Below, in pieces: positions 8,510 to 15,836 of a DNA stretch of 60,533 bases. Source of the stretch: an uncultured Thermoanaerobaculia bacterium (GTDB lineage: Bacteria > Acidobacteriota > Thermoanaerobaculia > Multivoradales > JAGPDF01); the NCBI GenBank assembly GCA_964591165.1, contig CAZPZW010000003.1, positions 1 to 60,533 of the forward strand, read 5' to 3'. The notes under the pieces are model-generated. The model did not search any database, was not told where the DNA came from, and worked only from the letters and a program-made list of their open reading frames with translations. The position numbers and the translations under genes are program-made. The stretch's first letter is position 1; every line of letters starts with the position of its first letter.

Positions 8510-9862
8510 ATGGCCGGCCGGACGCTCTACGCCTGCCAGGCTTGCGGCTACCAGTCCTCGGGGTGGCTGGGGCGGTGCCCCGAGTGCGGTGCCTGGTCGA
8601 GCTTCGTCGAGGAGCTGCGCGAGCCGGCGAAACGCAGCGGCCCGGCGCGAGCCGGCGGCGGCGCACCGCTGGTCGCGCTGTCGGCGGTGGAGCAGGACCG
8701 GGTGCTGCGCACTTCCTCCGGGCTCGGTGCGCTCGACCGCGTCCTGGGCGGCGGCGTGGTCGCGGGCGGTGCGGTGCTGCTCGCCGGCGAGCCCGGGATC
8801 GGCAAGTCCACCCTCCTGCTGCAGCTCGCCGCGCAGCTCGCGGCGCGCGACCGGATCGTGCTCTACGCGAGCGCCGAGGAGTCGCCCCGGCAGCTGCGGC
8901 TGCGTGCCGAACGTCTCGGTTGCGCGGCGAGCGGCGTGCTGGTGGCCGGCGAGACCCGCCTCGAATCCCTGCTCGCGGCGGTCGCCGAGGCCCGTCCGGC
9001 GGCGCTGCTGGTCGACTCGGTCCAGGCGCTGAGCAGCGAGGAACTGGAGAGCCCTCCGGGCTCGATCGGTCAGGTACGGCACGCGGCGCACCGGCTGGTC
9101 GAGGTGGCGAAGCGCCAGGAGATCGCACTGTTCCTGGTCGGGCACGTGACCAAGGAGGGGACGATTGCCGGCCCGAAGTCGCTCGAGCACCTGGTGGACA
9201 CGGTGCTCAACTTCGAGGGCGAGCGGGAGTCGGATTACCGGATCCTGCGCGCGGCGAAGAACCGCTTCGGACCGACCGGAGAGATCGCCATGTTCGAGAT
9301 GCGCGAGAGTGGTCTCGAGCCGGTCTCCGATCCCAGCCGGGTCCTGCTCGCCCGACGCCGGCGCGGCGCGCCCGGCTCGGCGGTGCTGCCCACGATCTCG
9401 GGTTCGCGGCCATTGCTCGTCGAGACCCAGGCGTTGGTCCATCCGACCAATTTCCCAGCGCCGCGCCGCATGAGCGTCGGCCTGGACGCGAACCGGACGA
9501 TCCTGCTGGTCGCCGTGCTGGAGCGATTCGCCCGCCTGGGGCTCGCCGATCGCGACGTCTTCCTCAACGTGGTGGGGGGCTTGGCGTTGCGCGAGCCGGC
9601 GGCGGATCTGGCGGTGGCTGCGGCGCTGATCTCGGCCAACCGCGGCGTTGCGCTGCCGCCCGACGCGGTCTACTTCGGCGAGGTGGGACTGCTCGGCGAG
9701 GTGCGTCCGGTGGGGCAGACGGAGGCGCGCTTGCGCGAGGCGGCGGCACACGGCTTCACGGCGGCCTACCTGCCACGCACCGACGGCCTCGCGGCGCGCG
9801 ACAGCCTGGAGCGGGTCGAGATCTCGACCGTCGAGGAGCTGGCCGAGCGCATCGGCGGTTGA
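8510..9862 (+). CDS. radA: DNA repair protein RadA/Sms, 450 aa
   Basis: C4 Zn finger (CQACG...CPECG), Walker A GEPGIGKST, GHVTKEG.IAGP, KNRFG, Lon-like C-terminus. Start reassigned to ATG8510. Confidence 0.97.
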   Translation: MAGRTLYACQACGYQSSGWLGRCPECGAWSSFVEELREPAKRSGPARAGGGAPLVALSAVEQDRVLRTSSGLGALDRVLGGGVVAGGAVLLAGEPGIGKSTLLLQLAAQLAARDRIVLYASAEESPRQLRLRAERLGCAASGVLVAGETRLESLLAAVAEARPAALLVDSVQALSSEELESPPGSIGQVRHAAHRLVEVAKRQEIALFLVGHVTKEGTIAGPKSLEHLVDTVLNFEGERESDYRILRAAKNRFGPTGEIAMFEMRESGLEPVSDPSRVLLARRRRGAPGSAVLPTISGSRPLLVETQALVHPTNFPAPRRMSVGLDANRTILLVAVLERFARLGLADRDVFLNVVGGLALREPAADLAVAAALISANRGVALPPDAVYFGEVGLLGEVRPVGQTEARLREAAAHGFTAAYLPRTDGLAARDSLERVEISTVEELAERIGG

Positions 9863-9869
9863 CCCGCGC

Positions 9870-10601
9870 TCAACGCTGCATGCCCGGCCAGTCCAGGTCG
9901 GGGGGCGGGCAGGCGGGACGGCCGAGCAGGTAGCCCTGCACGAAGTCGACGCCGGCGTCGACTGCCGCGCGCAGCTCGCGGACGGTCTCGATACCTTCGG
10001 CGATCGTGCGCGCGCTCATCTCCTTGCACAGGGCCACGATCGAACAGAGGAGACGAAACTGCCGGTTTCCGGGAGCGCACCCGACGATGAGCTCGCGGTC
10101 GAGCTTGACGAGCTCGGGCTGCAGGTCGGCGATGTACTTGAGGTTCGAGAACCCGGCACCCAGGTCGTCGATGGCGAGCGAGATCCCCTTGCGACGGATC
10201 TCCGCGAGCACGCTGTGGCACTGGGTGAAGTACTTGATGGGTACCGACTCGGTGATCTCGAGGGTAACCGGGTGGCGATGGCGGAACATCGGATCGTCGG
10301 GGCGCACCAGCCAGCCGTAGTCGAACTCGTGAGGATCGATATTGAGGAAGAGCGGGTGGTGCGGGCAGAGGCGGATGGCCTGGTCACGATGCAATCGTCC
10401 GAGCTCGGCGACCCGCCCGGCCTGCACGGCCGCCTCGAAGATCTCGGGGGTGCTGGCGAAGAGGGGGTTGTGATTGGCGGCCAGGGCCTCGTAGGCGAAG
10501 ACGCGCCGCCGGTGGACGTCGACGATGGGCTGGAAGGCGATCCCGACCTGGCTGAGGTCCACCATCTCGTGAATCGCGCGGACGCGCTCGGCGTCGAGCA
10601 T
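9870..10601 (-). CDS. Stand-alone EAL-domain c-di-GMP phosphodiesterase
   Basis: FQPIV, YEAL, FLNI, LEITE, IDDLGAGFS, KLDR, AEGIET and QGY motifs all present in order. Confidence 0.93.
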   Translation of the reverse strand: MLDAERVRAIHEMVDLSQVGIAFQPIVDVHRRRVFAYEALAANHNPLFASTPEIFEAAVQAGRVAELGRLHRDQAIRLCPHHPLFLNIDPHEFDYGWLVRPDDPMFRHRHPVTLEITESVPIKYFTQCHSVLAEIRRKGISLAIDDLGAGFSNLKYIADLQPELVKLDRELIVGCAPGNRQFRLLCSIVALCKEMSARTIAEGIETVRELRAAVDAGVDFVQGYLLGRPACPPPDLDWPGMQR

Positions 10602-10622
10602 GAGTGGTCGAGTCTCCCGGCT

Positions 10623-11525
10623 TCAGAGTTGGGGGGACATCCCGGTGAGGCGGCGGAAGGCCTCGAGGTAACGGCTTAGCGTGCCCTGCACGACGTCCTC
10701 CGGCAGCTCGGGGGGGGGGGACTCGTGATCCCACCCGGAAGCGTCCAGCCAGTCGCGGACGAACTGCTTGTCGAACGAGGCGGGCTCGCTGCCGGGGTGC
10801 CAGGCTGCGGCCTCCCAGTAGCGCGACGAGTCGGGAGTCAGCGCTTCGTCGATCCAGACGATCTCGCCGCCGGCCAGGCCGAACTCGAACTTGGTGTCGG
10901 CGAGCAGGAGCCCGACCGACTCGGCGTGCCGTGCGGCGTCGGAGTAGAGGGCGAGAGTGAGGTCACGCAGACGCTCGGCGAGCGCCGCGCCAATCGCGTC
11001 CGCCATCACCGCGAAGCTGACGTTCTCGTCGTGGCCGCTCTCCGCCTTGGTGGCCGGCGTGAAGATCGGCTCGGCGAGCCGGCTGGCGCGCGCGAGGCCC
11101 GGTGGCAGGGAGATGCCGCACGCCGTGCCGGCGGCACGGTACTCCTTGAAGGCGCTGCCGGCGAGGTAGCCGCGGGCGACGCATTCGAACGGCACCACGT
11201 CGGCCCTGCGCACCAGCACGGCGCGGCCGCGGAGCAGCGCGCGGTGCGGCGCGCAGGCCGCGGGGAACGCCTCGGGCTCGGTGGCGAGCAGGTGATTGGG
11301 CACCCGGTCGGCGAGGCGGGAGAACCAGAAGTTGGTCAGCTGGTTGAGGATCTTCCCTTTGCCGGGGATGGCCGGCCGCAGGACGTGGTCGTAGGCCGAG
11401 AGCCGGTCGGTGGCGACCAGCAGCAGCCGGTCGCCGAGGTCGTAGACGTCGCGCACCTTGCCTCGCCGGGGAGCCGGAAGCCCCGCCAGGTCGCTCTGCC
11501 AGACTGCCGATTCGCTTGCCTGCAT
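10623..11525 (-). CDS. purC: Phosphoribosylaminoimidazolesuccinocarboxamide (SAICAR) synthase, 300 aa
   Basis: GKVRDVY, ATDRLSAYD, ECVARGYLAGS, FTPATKAESGHDEN, ADTKFEFG, DEALTPDSSRYW, DKQFVRDW; SD AGGAG upstream of ATG11525. Confidence 0.97.
   Translation of the reverse strand: MQASESAVWQSDLAGLPAPRRGKVRDVYDLGDRLLLVATDRLSAYDHVLRPAIPGKGKILNQLTNFWFSRLADRVPNHLLATEPEAFPAACAPHRALLRGRAVLVRRADVVPFECVARGYLAGSAFKEYRAAGTACGISLPPGLARASRLAEPIFTPATKAESGHDENVSFAVMADAIGAALAERLRDLTLALYSDAARHAESVGLLLADTKFEFGLAGGEIVWIDEALTPDSSRYWEAAAWHPGSEPASFDKQFVRDWLDASGWDHESPPPELPEDVVQGTLSRYLEAFRRLTGMSPQL
10710..10720. repeat. G11/C11 homopolymer inside purC (TCC CCC CCC CCC = SPPP)
   Basis: 11 consecutive G on the + strand; the longest homopolymer I noticed in the window. 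Confidence 0.9.
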
Positions 11526-11571
11526 TCGATCTCCTCGCCCCGTGGGTTGCCGCCGGCTCACGCGCCGCCGC

Positions 11572-13572
11572 TCAGGCGCTCAGGGGAGCGGTGAATTCGC
11601 GCTCGATGAGGTCGACCAGGCCGCCACCGCGCAGTTCGACCAACGTGTTGTCGCCCCAGAGCGCCGCGTCGACGATCTCGTAGATCGGCAGCCGATCGAG
11701 GCCCTTCAGGTGCGCCACACCCAGCTTGCGCAGTCCCACGAGGAGGCTGCCTCCGGGAAGGTCGAGCTTGACGGCGATGTAGGTCCGTTCGCCGTCGAGC
11801 AGCCGGAACATGCGTCCATGCGTCTGCTCCTGTTCGAGACGGGAGACGAAGTCCCAGGTGGCGACGATCCCCTCGTTGACCAGCGATCCGTTCTGGTTGA
11901 TGTAGGCGTAGAAACCGCGCGACTCCTCGCGCTTGTTGACCACGTCGACGTTGCGCTGCGTCATCGGAGCGAAGAAGCGATTGACCGTGGTCTCGGGGTA
12001 ACCCAGGGTGATGAGCAGGTTCTTGATCTCGTCGATCTCGCGCGAGGCCTTGCCGGTGGTCAGCCGCGAGAGCTCGACGACGCCATGCCCGAAGAACTCG
12101 TAGCGGTCGCCGCCCTCGTCCTTGCCCCCGATTTGGATGGGAAGCAGGCGGTACTGTCCGTGGTTGAGGGCGATGCGAAGTCCGTTGCAGAACGGAAAGC
12201 CCTTGGCGAGCGCTTCGCGGTAGGCGCGCTGGATGTGGATGGCGAGCACCAGGAGGTTGTGCGCCTCGCGGCTCGAGTAGAAGGCGCCGTCGCCCAGGTA
12301 CTTCTCGAGCTTGGCGCGGTTGTGGGTCGCCAGCCGATTCACCTTGCGCTGGAAGCGGAACATCATGCGGAACGAACGGTCCTGCTCGAGCGTTCCCGAG
12401 CGACGCAGCAGCGAGACCGTCTCGGTGAAGTCGGAGATGTCGTAGATCAGCCCGAAACGCGCGACCAGCGGGTCGACCACCCAGGGGGCCATGAACTCGA
12501 GCGGCCGCGTGCTGGCCGACAGATGCATCATCCCGCCGCTCGACCCCACGCGGGTGGCGTAGCGCTCGCGGCCGATCAGGTGCCCGCCCTGGCGTTCCAC
12601 CAGCACCACCGCGCGGCGCATCGCATGCAGCAGCTCGAATTCCTTGAGCTTGAGCAGCAGACTCTCCCAGACCTGTAGCCAGGCGGAGGGAAGGAGCCGA
12701 TCGGGATCGTAGCCGGGCCGGCCGGAGAGGAAAGTGAGGTAGCCGGGCCAGTTGAGGTGCAGGCGGGGATCGGCGAGCGATTCGCCGCCCAGCAGGCGGG
12801 CGACCTGGGCGAGCTCGGGATCGTGTTGCAGGCACTCGGTGTACCACTCCGCCGACTTCATCAGCCGGCTCCGGAACTCGCGGCCGTCGAGCCGCAGGCA
12901 GCCGGAGAAGTAGCTCCCCAGCTCCGCGAGGTTGGGGCTGACGTGATCCTCGGTGAAGATGAGGATGTTGTCCTTCATCCGGGTCAACAGGTTCGGAAAG
13001 AGCTGCTGCTCGATCTCCTCGGTGTCGGAGGAGAGCCGGTTCACCAGGTCGTAGGTCAGGTTCGAGAGCCGGTCGAGCACCTTGTGGTAGACGCGGTACT
13101 TGAACTCGTCGGCGTGTTTCTTGCCCCAGGGCATGTCGCGCCGGATGGCGCGTTTCGGCGTGTCACGAAAGCCGCGCGCGATGGCGCTCGAGTGGTACAG
13201 CCAGAAGATCGCCGGGAAATGCCGGCCGTAGCTCGCCGTGATGACGTTCTCGGTCGCCCGGGTGAGCAGCAGGCGGTAGCGCTCCCAGGCGCCTGCGAAC
13301 GCGGAGCTGTCGAACGAGCTGCGCTGTAGGGTGGCATATTCGACCTCCTCCTCCTGCGCGAGATAGCCCTCGAAGGCGCGGTCGAGCGAACCGAGCTCGG
13401 GGGTCGCCAGCACGGGGTAGCCGAGCAACGGCGTGGCGTTCTCGTCTTCGAGGTAGATGCGCTGCGGCAGGGGGAGGATGCGCTCGCCGTCCGGGATGAG
13501 TCGGCGCAGCTCTTCCGCATTCCTAGCCAGGAAGTTGAAGGGGCCGGAAAGGAGCTGCGCAACTGGTAGCAT
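11572..13572 (-). CDS. Uncharacterised 666-aa cytoplasmic protein with a C-terminal class III adenylate/guanylate cyclase-like domain
   Basis: Ordered motifs GLIYDISDFT, EKYLGDG, LRIALNHG, YEFFGHGVVELSRL, EGIVAT, LKGLDRLPIYEI. Start reassigned to ATG13572; no signal peptide or TM seen. Confidence 0.75.
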   Translation of the reverse strand: MLPVAQLLSGPFNFLARNAEELRRLIPDGERILPLPQRIYLEDENATPLLGYPVLATPELGSLDRAFEGYLAQEEEVEYATLQRSSFDSSAFAGAWERYRLLLTRATENVITASYGRHFPAIFWLYHSSAIARGFRDTPKRAIRRDMPWGKKHADEFKYRVYHKVLDRLSNLTYDLVNRLSSDTEEIEQQLFPNLLTRMKDNILIFTEDHVSPNLAELGSYFSGCLRLDGREFRSRLMKSAEWYTECLQHDPELAQVARLLGGESLADPRLHLNWPGYLTFLSGRPGYDPDRLLPSAWLQVWESLLLKLKEFELLHAMRRAVVLVERQGGHLIGRERYATRVGSSGGMMHLSASTRPLEFMAPWVVDPLVARFGLIYDISDFTETVSLLRRSGTLEQDRSFRMMFRFQRKVNRLATHNRAKLEKYLGDGAFYSSREAHNLLVLAIHIQRAYREALAKGFPFCNGLRIALNHGQYRLLPIQIGGKDEGGDRYEFFGHGVVELSRLTTGKASREIDEIKNLLITLGYPETTVNRFFAPMTQRNVDVVNKREESRGFYAYINQNGSLVNEGIVATWDFVSRLEQEQTHGRMFRLLDGERTYIAVKLDLPGGSLLVGLRKLGVAHLKGLDRLPIYEIVDAALWGDNTLVELRGGGLVDLIEREFTAPLSA

Positions 13573-13580
13573 GCCTTGGT

Positions 13581-13590
13581 TGCTACAATA
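13581..13590. promoter_or_regulatory. Overlapping divergent -10 elements: TGC-TACAAT (+, GT2/GT4 genes) and TATTGT (-, cyclase-like gene)
   Basis: 46-nt intergenic gap containing TGCTACAATA; + hexamer at 13584-13589 with a TG extension, - hexamer at 13585-13590. Confidence 0.5.
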
Positions 13591-13618
13591 TCGCGGCCGC
13601 CGAGGCGCGGCGCCCATC

Positions 13619-14608
13619 ATGATCCCGAATCCAGCCCTCGACCCGTCCCGGGTCCCCCTTCCTGCCCCCGTCCGGGGGTGCGACCTCTCGATCCTGGTGC
13701 CCGTGCTCGACGAGGCGGCCAGCGTCCACGAGCTCGTGGCGCGGATCCGGGAGGCCCTGACTCCTCTCGGCCTCGACTTCGAGATCGTCTTCGTGGACGA
13801 CGGTTCGCGCGACGGCACGAGCGAGCGGGTTCGCGAGGCGCGGGAGAGCGATCCACGGGTCAAGCTGGTCCGGCTGCGTCGCAACTTCGGCAAGGCGGCA
13901 GCGCTCACCGCCGGCCTCGACCACTCGGGCGGGCGCTGCATCGTGACCATCGACGGCGACCTGCAGGACGATCCCGCGGAGATTCCGCGCCTGCTCGCCG
14001 CGCTCGAGGACGGCCCGCTCGATCTGGTGTCGGGCTGGAAGCAGGACCGCCAGGATCCGCTCACGAAGACCCTGCCTTCGAAGCTCTTCAACTGGGCGAC
14101 GCGCAAGCTCGCGCAGGTCGACCTGCACGACTTCAACTGCGGCTTCAAGGCCTATCGCCGGGAGGTGCTGGAGGAAGTTCCGGTCTACGGCGAGCTGCAC
14201 CGCTACATCCCCGTCCTGGCCAGTCGCAAGGGCTACGCGGTCGGGGAGCTGGCGGTGCGCCACCATCCCCGTCGGCACGGGGTCAGCAAGTACGGCTGGG
14301 ACCGGTTCTACAAGGGGCTGCTCGACCTGCTGACCGTGCTGTTCATCACCAAGTACACGCGGCGTCCGCTGCACCTGTTCGGCGCTCTCGGCCTCCTCGG
14401 CCTGGGCAGCGGGTTCGTGATCAACCTCTACCTCGCGGCGCGCTGGTTCATGGGCGAGCCGCTCTCGAATCGGCCCCTGCTGCTGCTCGGCGTACTCCTC
14501 ATGCTGATCGGTCTGCAGGTGCTCACCACCGGTCTGCTCGCCGAGATGATGACCCACAAGACGTTCCGGCGCGCCGACAGCTACTCGGTCAAGGAGCTGC
14601 TCGATTAA
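13619..14608 (+). CDS. GT2 polyprenyl-phosphate glycosyltransferase (ArnC/GtrB/Dol-P-Man synthase-like), 329 aa
   Basis: LSILVPVLDE, VDDGSRDGT, RNFGKAAAL, IDGDLQDDP, LHDFNCGFKAYR, GELHRYIP; two C-terminal TMs. Start reassigned to ATG13619. Confidence 0.92.
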   Translation: MIPNPALDPSRVPLPAPVRGCDLSILVPVLDEAASVHELVARIREALTPLGLDFEIVFVDDGSRDGTSERVREARESDPRVKLVRLRRNFGKAAALTAGLDHSGGRCIVTIDGDLQDDPAEIPRLLAALEDGPLDLVSGWKQDRQDPLTKTLPSKLFNWATRKLAQVDLHDFNCGFKAYRREVLEEVPVYGELHRYIPVLASRKGYAVGELAVRHHPRRHGVSKYGWDRFYKGLLDLLTVLFITKYTRRPLHLFGALGLLGLGSGFVINLYLAARWFMGEPLSNRPLLLLGVLLMLIGLQVLTTGLLAEMMTHKTFRRADSYSVKELLD

Positions 14609-14618
14609 GCCGGCCGGG

Positions 14619-15836
14619 CTGGACGTCCTCTTCCTCACCCAGACCTACCCGCGCTCGCCGCACGACAGCGCGGGCCCCTTCATCCGCGACATCGCGCGCG
14701 CTCTGGTGCGGGGCGGCGACCGGGTGCGCGTGCTGGCGCCGCATGCCGCTGGGCTCGCGGCGCGGCGGGTCGAGGACGGGGTCGTGGTGGAGACTTTTCG
14801 CTACGCTCCGGAGCGCTTCGAAGCGGTGGGGTATGGCCGCTCGCTGCGCGCCGACGAGCGCCTCGCCGGAGGAGGGCTGCTCGCCGCGCCACTCTATCTC
14901 GCCGGCGCGCGGCGGGCGCTCGGCGCCGCGCTGCGCAAGGGTCCGTGCGATCTCGTGCAGGCGCACTGGGTGGTGCCCAACGCGCTGATCGCCGCGAGCT
15001 GCGTGGGTTCGACGCCGCTGGTGGTCGGATTGCACGGCAGCGACGTCTTCATGGCGGAGAAGCCGCTGATTCGCAGCTGGACGCGTTGGGCTCTGCGCCG
15101 CACCGCCGCGCTCACCAGCTGTTCACCGGAGCTCGCCCGCCGTATCGGCGCGATCGGTTTCCCGGCCGATCGCACCAGCGTCATTCCGTACGGCGTCGAC
15201 AGCGAGCTCTTCCGGCCGGACCCGGCGCGCCGCGGGATCTGGCGCGAGCGCCTCGGCGTACCGGAGAACGCGCCCCTGCTGCTCGGTGTCGGGAGGATGG
15301 CGACGAAGAAGGGATTCCACCTTCTCCTCGCGGCCCTGCCCGAGCTCTTCCGGCGGCACCCCGAGGTGCACGTCGTCCTGGCGGGAGGCGGCGATCGCCT
15401 GGAGGAGTGGCAACGCGAGGCCGCGACTCTCGCCGGGCCGGTGCACTTCCCGGGCGCCGTGCAGCACGACACGCTGCCCGATCTGTACCGTGCCGCCGAC
15501 CTCTTCGTCCTGCCGGCGGTGCACGACGCCAAGGGAAACGTCGACGGTCTACCGAACGTGATCCTCGAAGCGATGGCGAGCGGTCTCGCGGTGGTCGCCA
15601 GCCGGATCTCGGGGATTCCGATCGCGATCACGCAAGGCGAGCACGGCTGGCTGGTCGACGAAGGTGACGTCGCAGGCCTCGCTGGCGCGCTCGCCGAGGC
15701 CGTGGCCGGGGCCGAGGCGCGACGGGAGCGGGGGCGAGCCGCGCGCCGGCGCGCCGAGCGCGAGTTCACCTGGGACGCCGTGGCGGCACGGTACCGGGCC
15801 GCCTATCTCGCGGCGCTGGCCCGTCCTGCCTACTGA
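14619..15836 (+). CDS. GT4 (GT-B fold) glycosyltransferase; start codon apparently non-canonical (CTG14619 or ATT14604)
   Basis: N-terminal LDVLFLTQTYPR..D.AGPFI lies in frame upstream of the first GTG (14706); QAHWVVP, LHGSDV, GRMATKKG, DGLPNVILEAMASG motifs. Confidence 0.88.
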   Translation: MDVLFLTQTYPRSPHDSAGPFIRDIARALVRGGDRVRVLAPHAAGLAARRVEDGVVVETFRYAPERFEAVGYGRSLRADERLAGGGLLAAPLYLAGARRALGAALRKGPCDLVQAHWVVPNALIAASCVGSTPLVVGLHGSDVFMAEKPLIRSWTRWALRRTAALTSCSPELARRIGAIGFPADRTSVIPYGVDSELFRPDPARRGIWRERLGVPENAPLLLGVGRMATKKGFHLLLAALPELFRRHPEVHVVLAGGGDRLEEWQREAATLAGPVHFPGAVQHDTLPDLYRAADLFVLPAVHDAKGNVDGLPNVILEAMASGLAVVASRISGIPIAITQGEHGWLVDEGDVAGLAGALAEAVAGAEARRERGRAARRRAEREFTWDAVAARYRAAYLAALARPAY

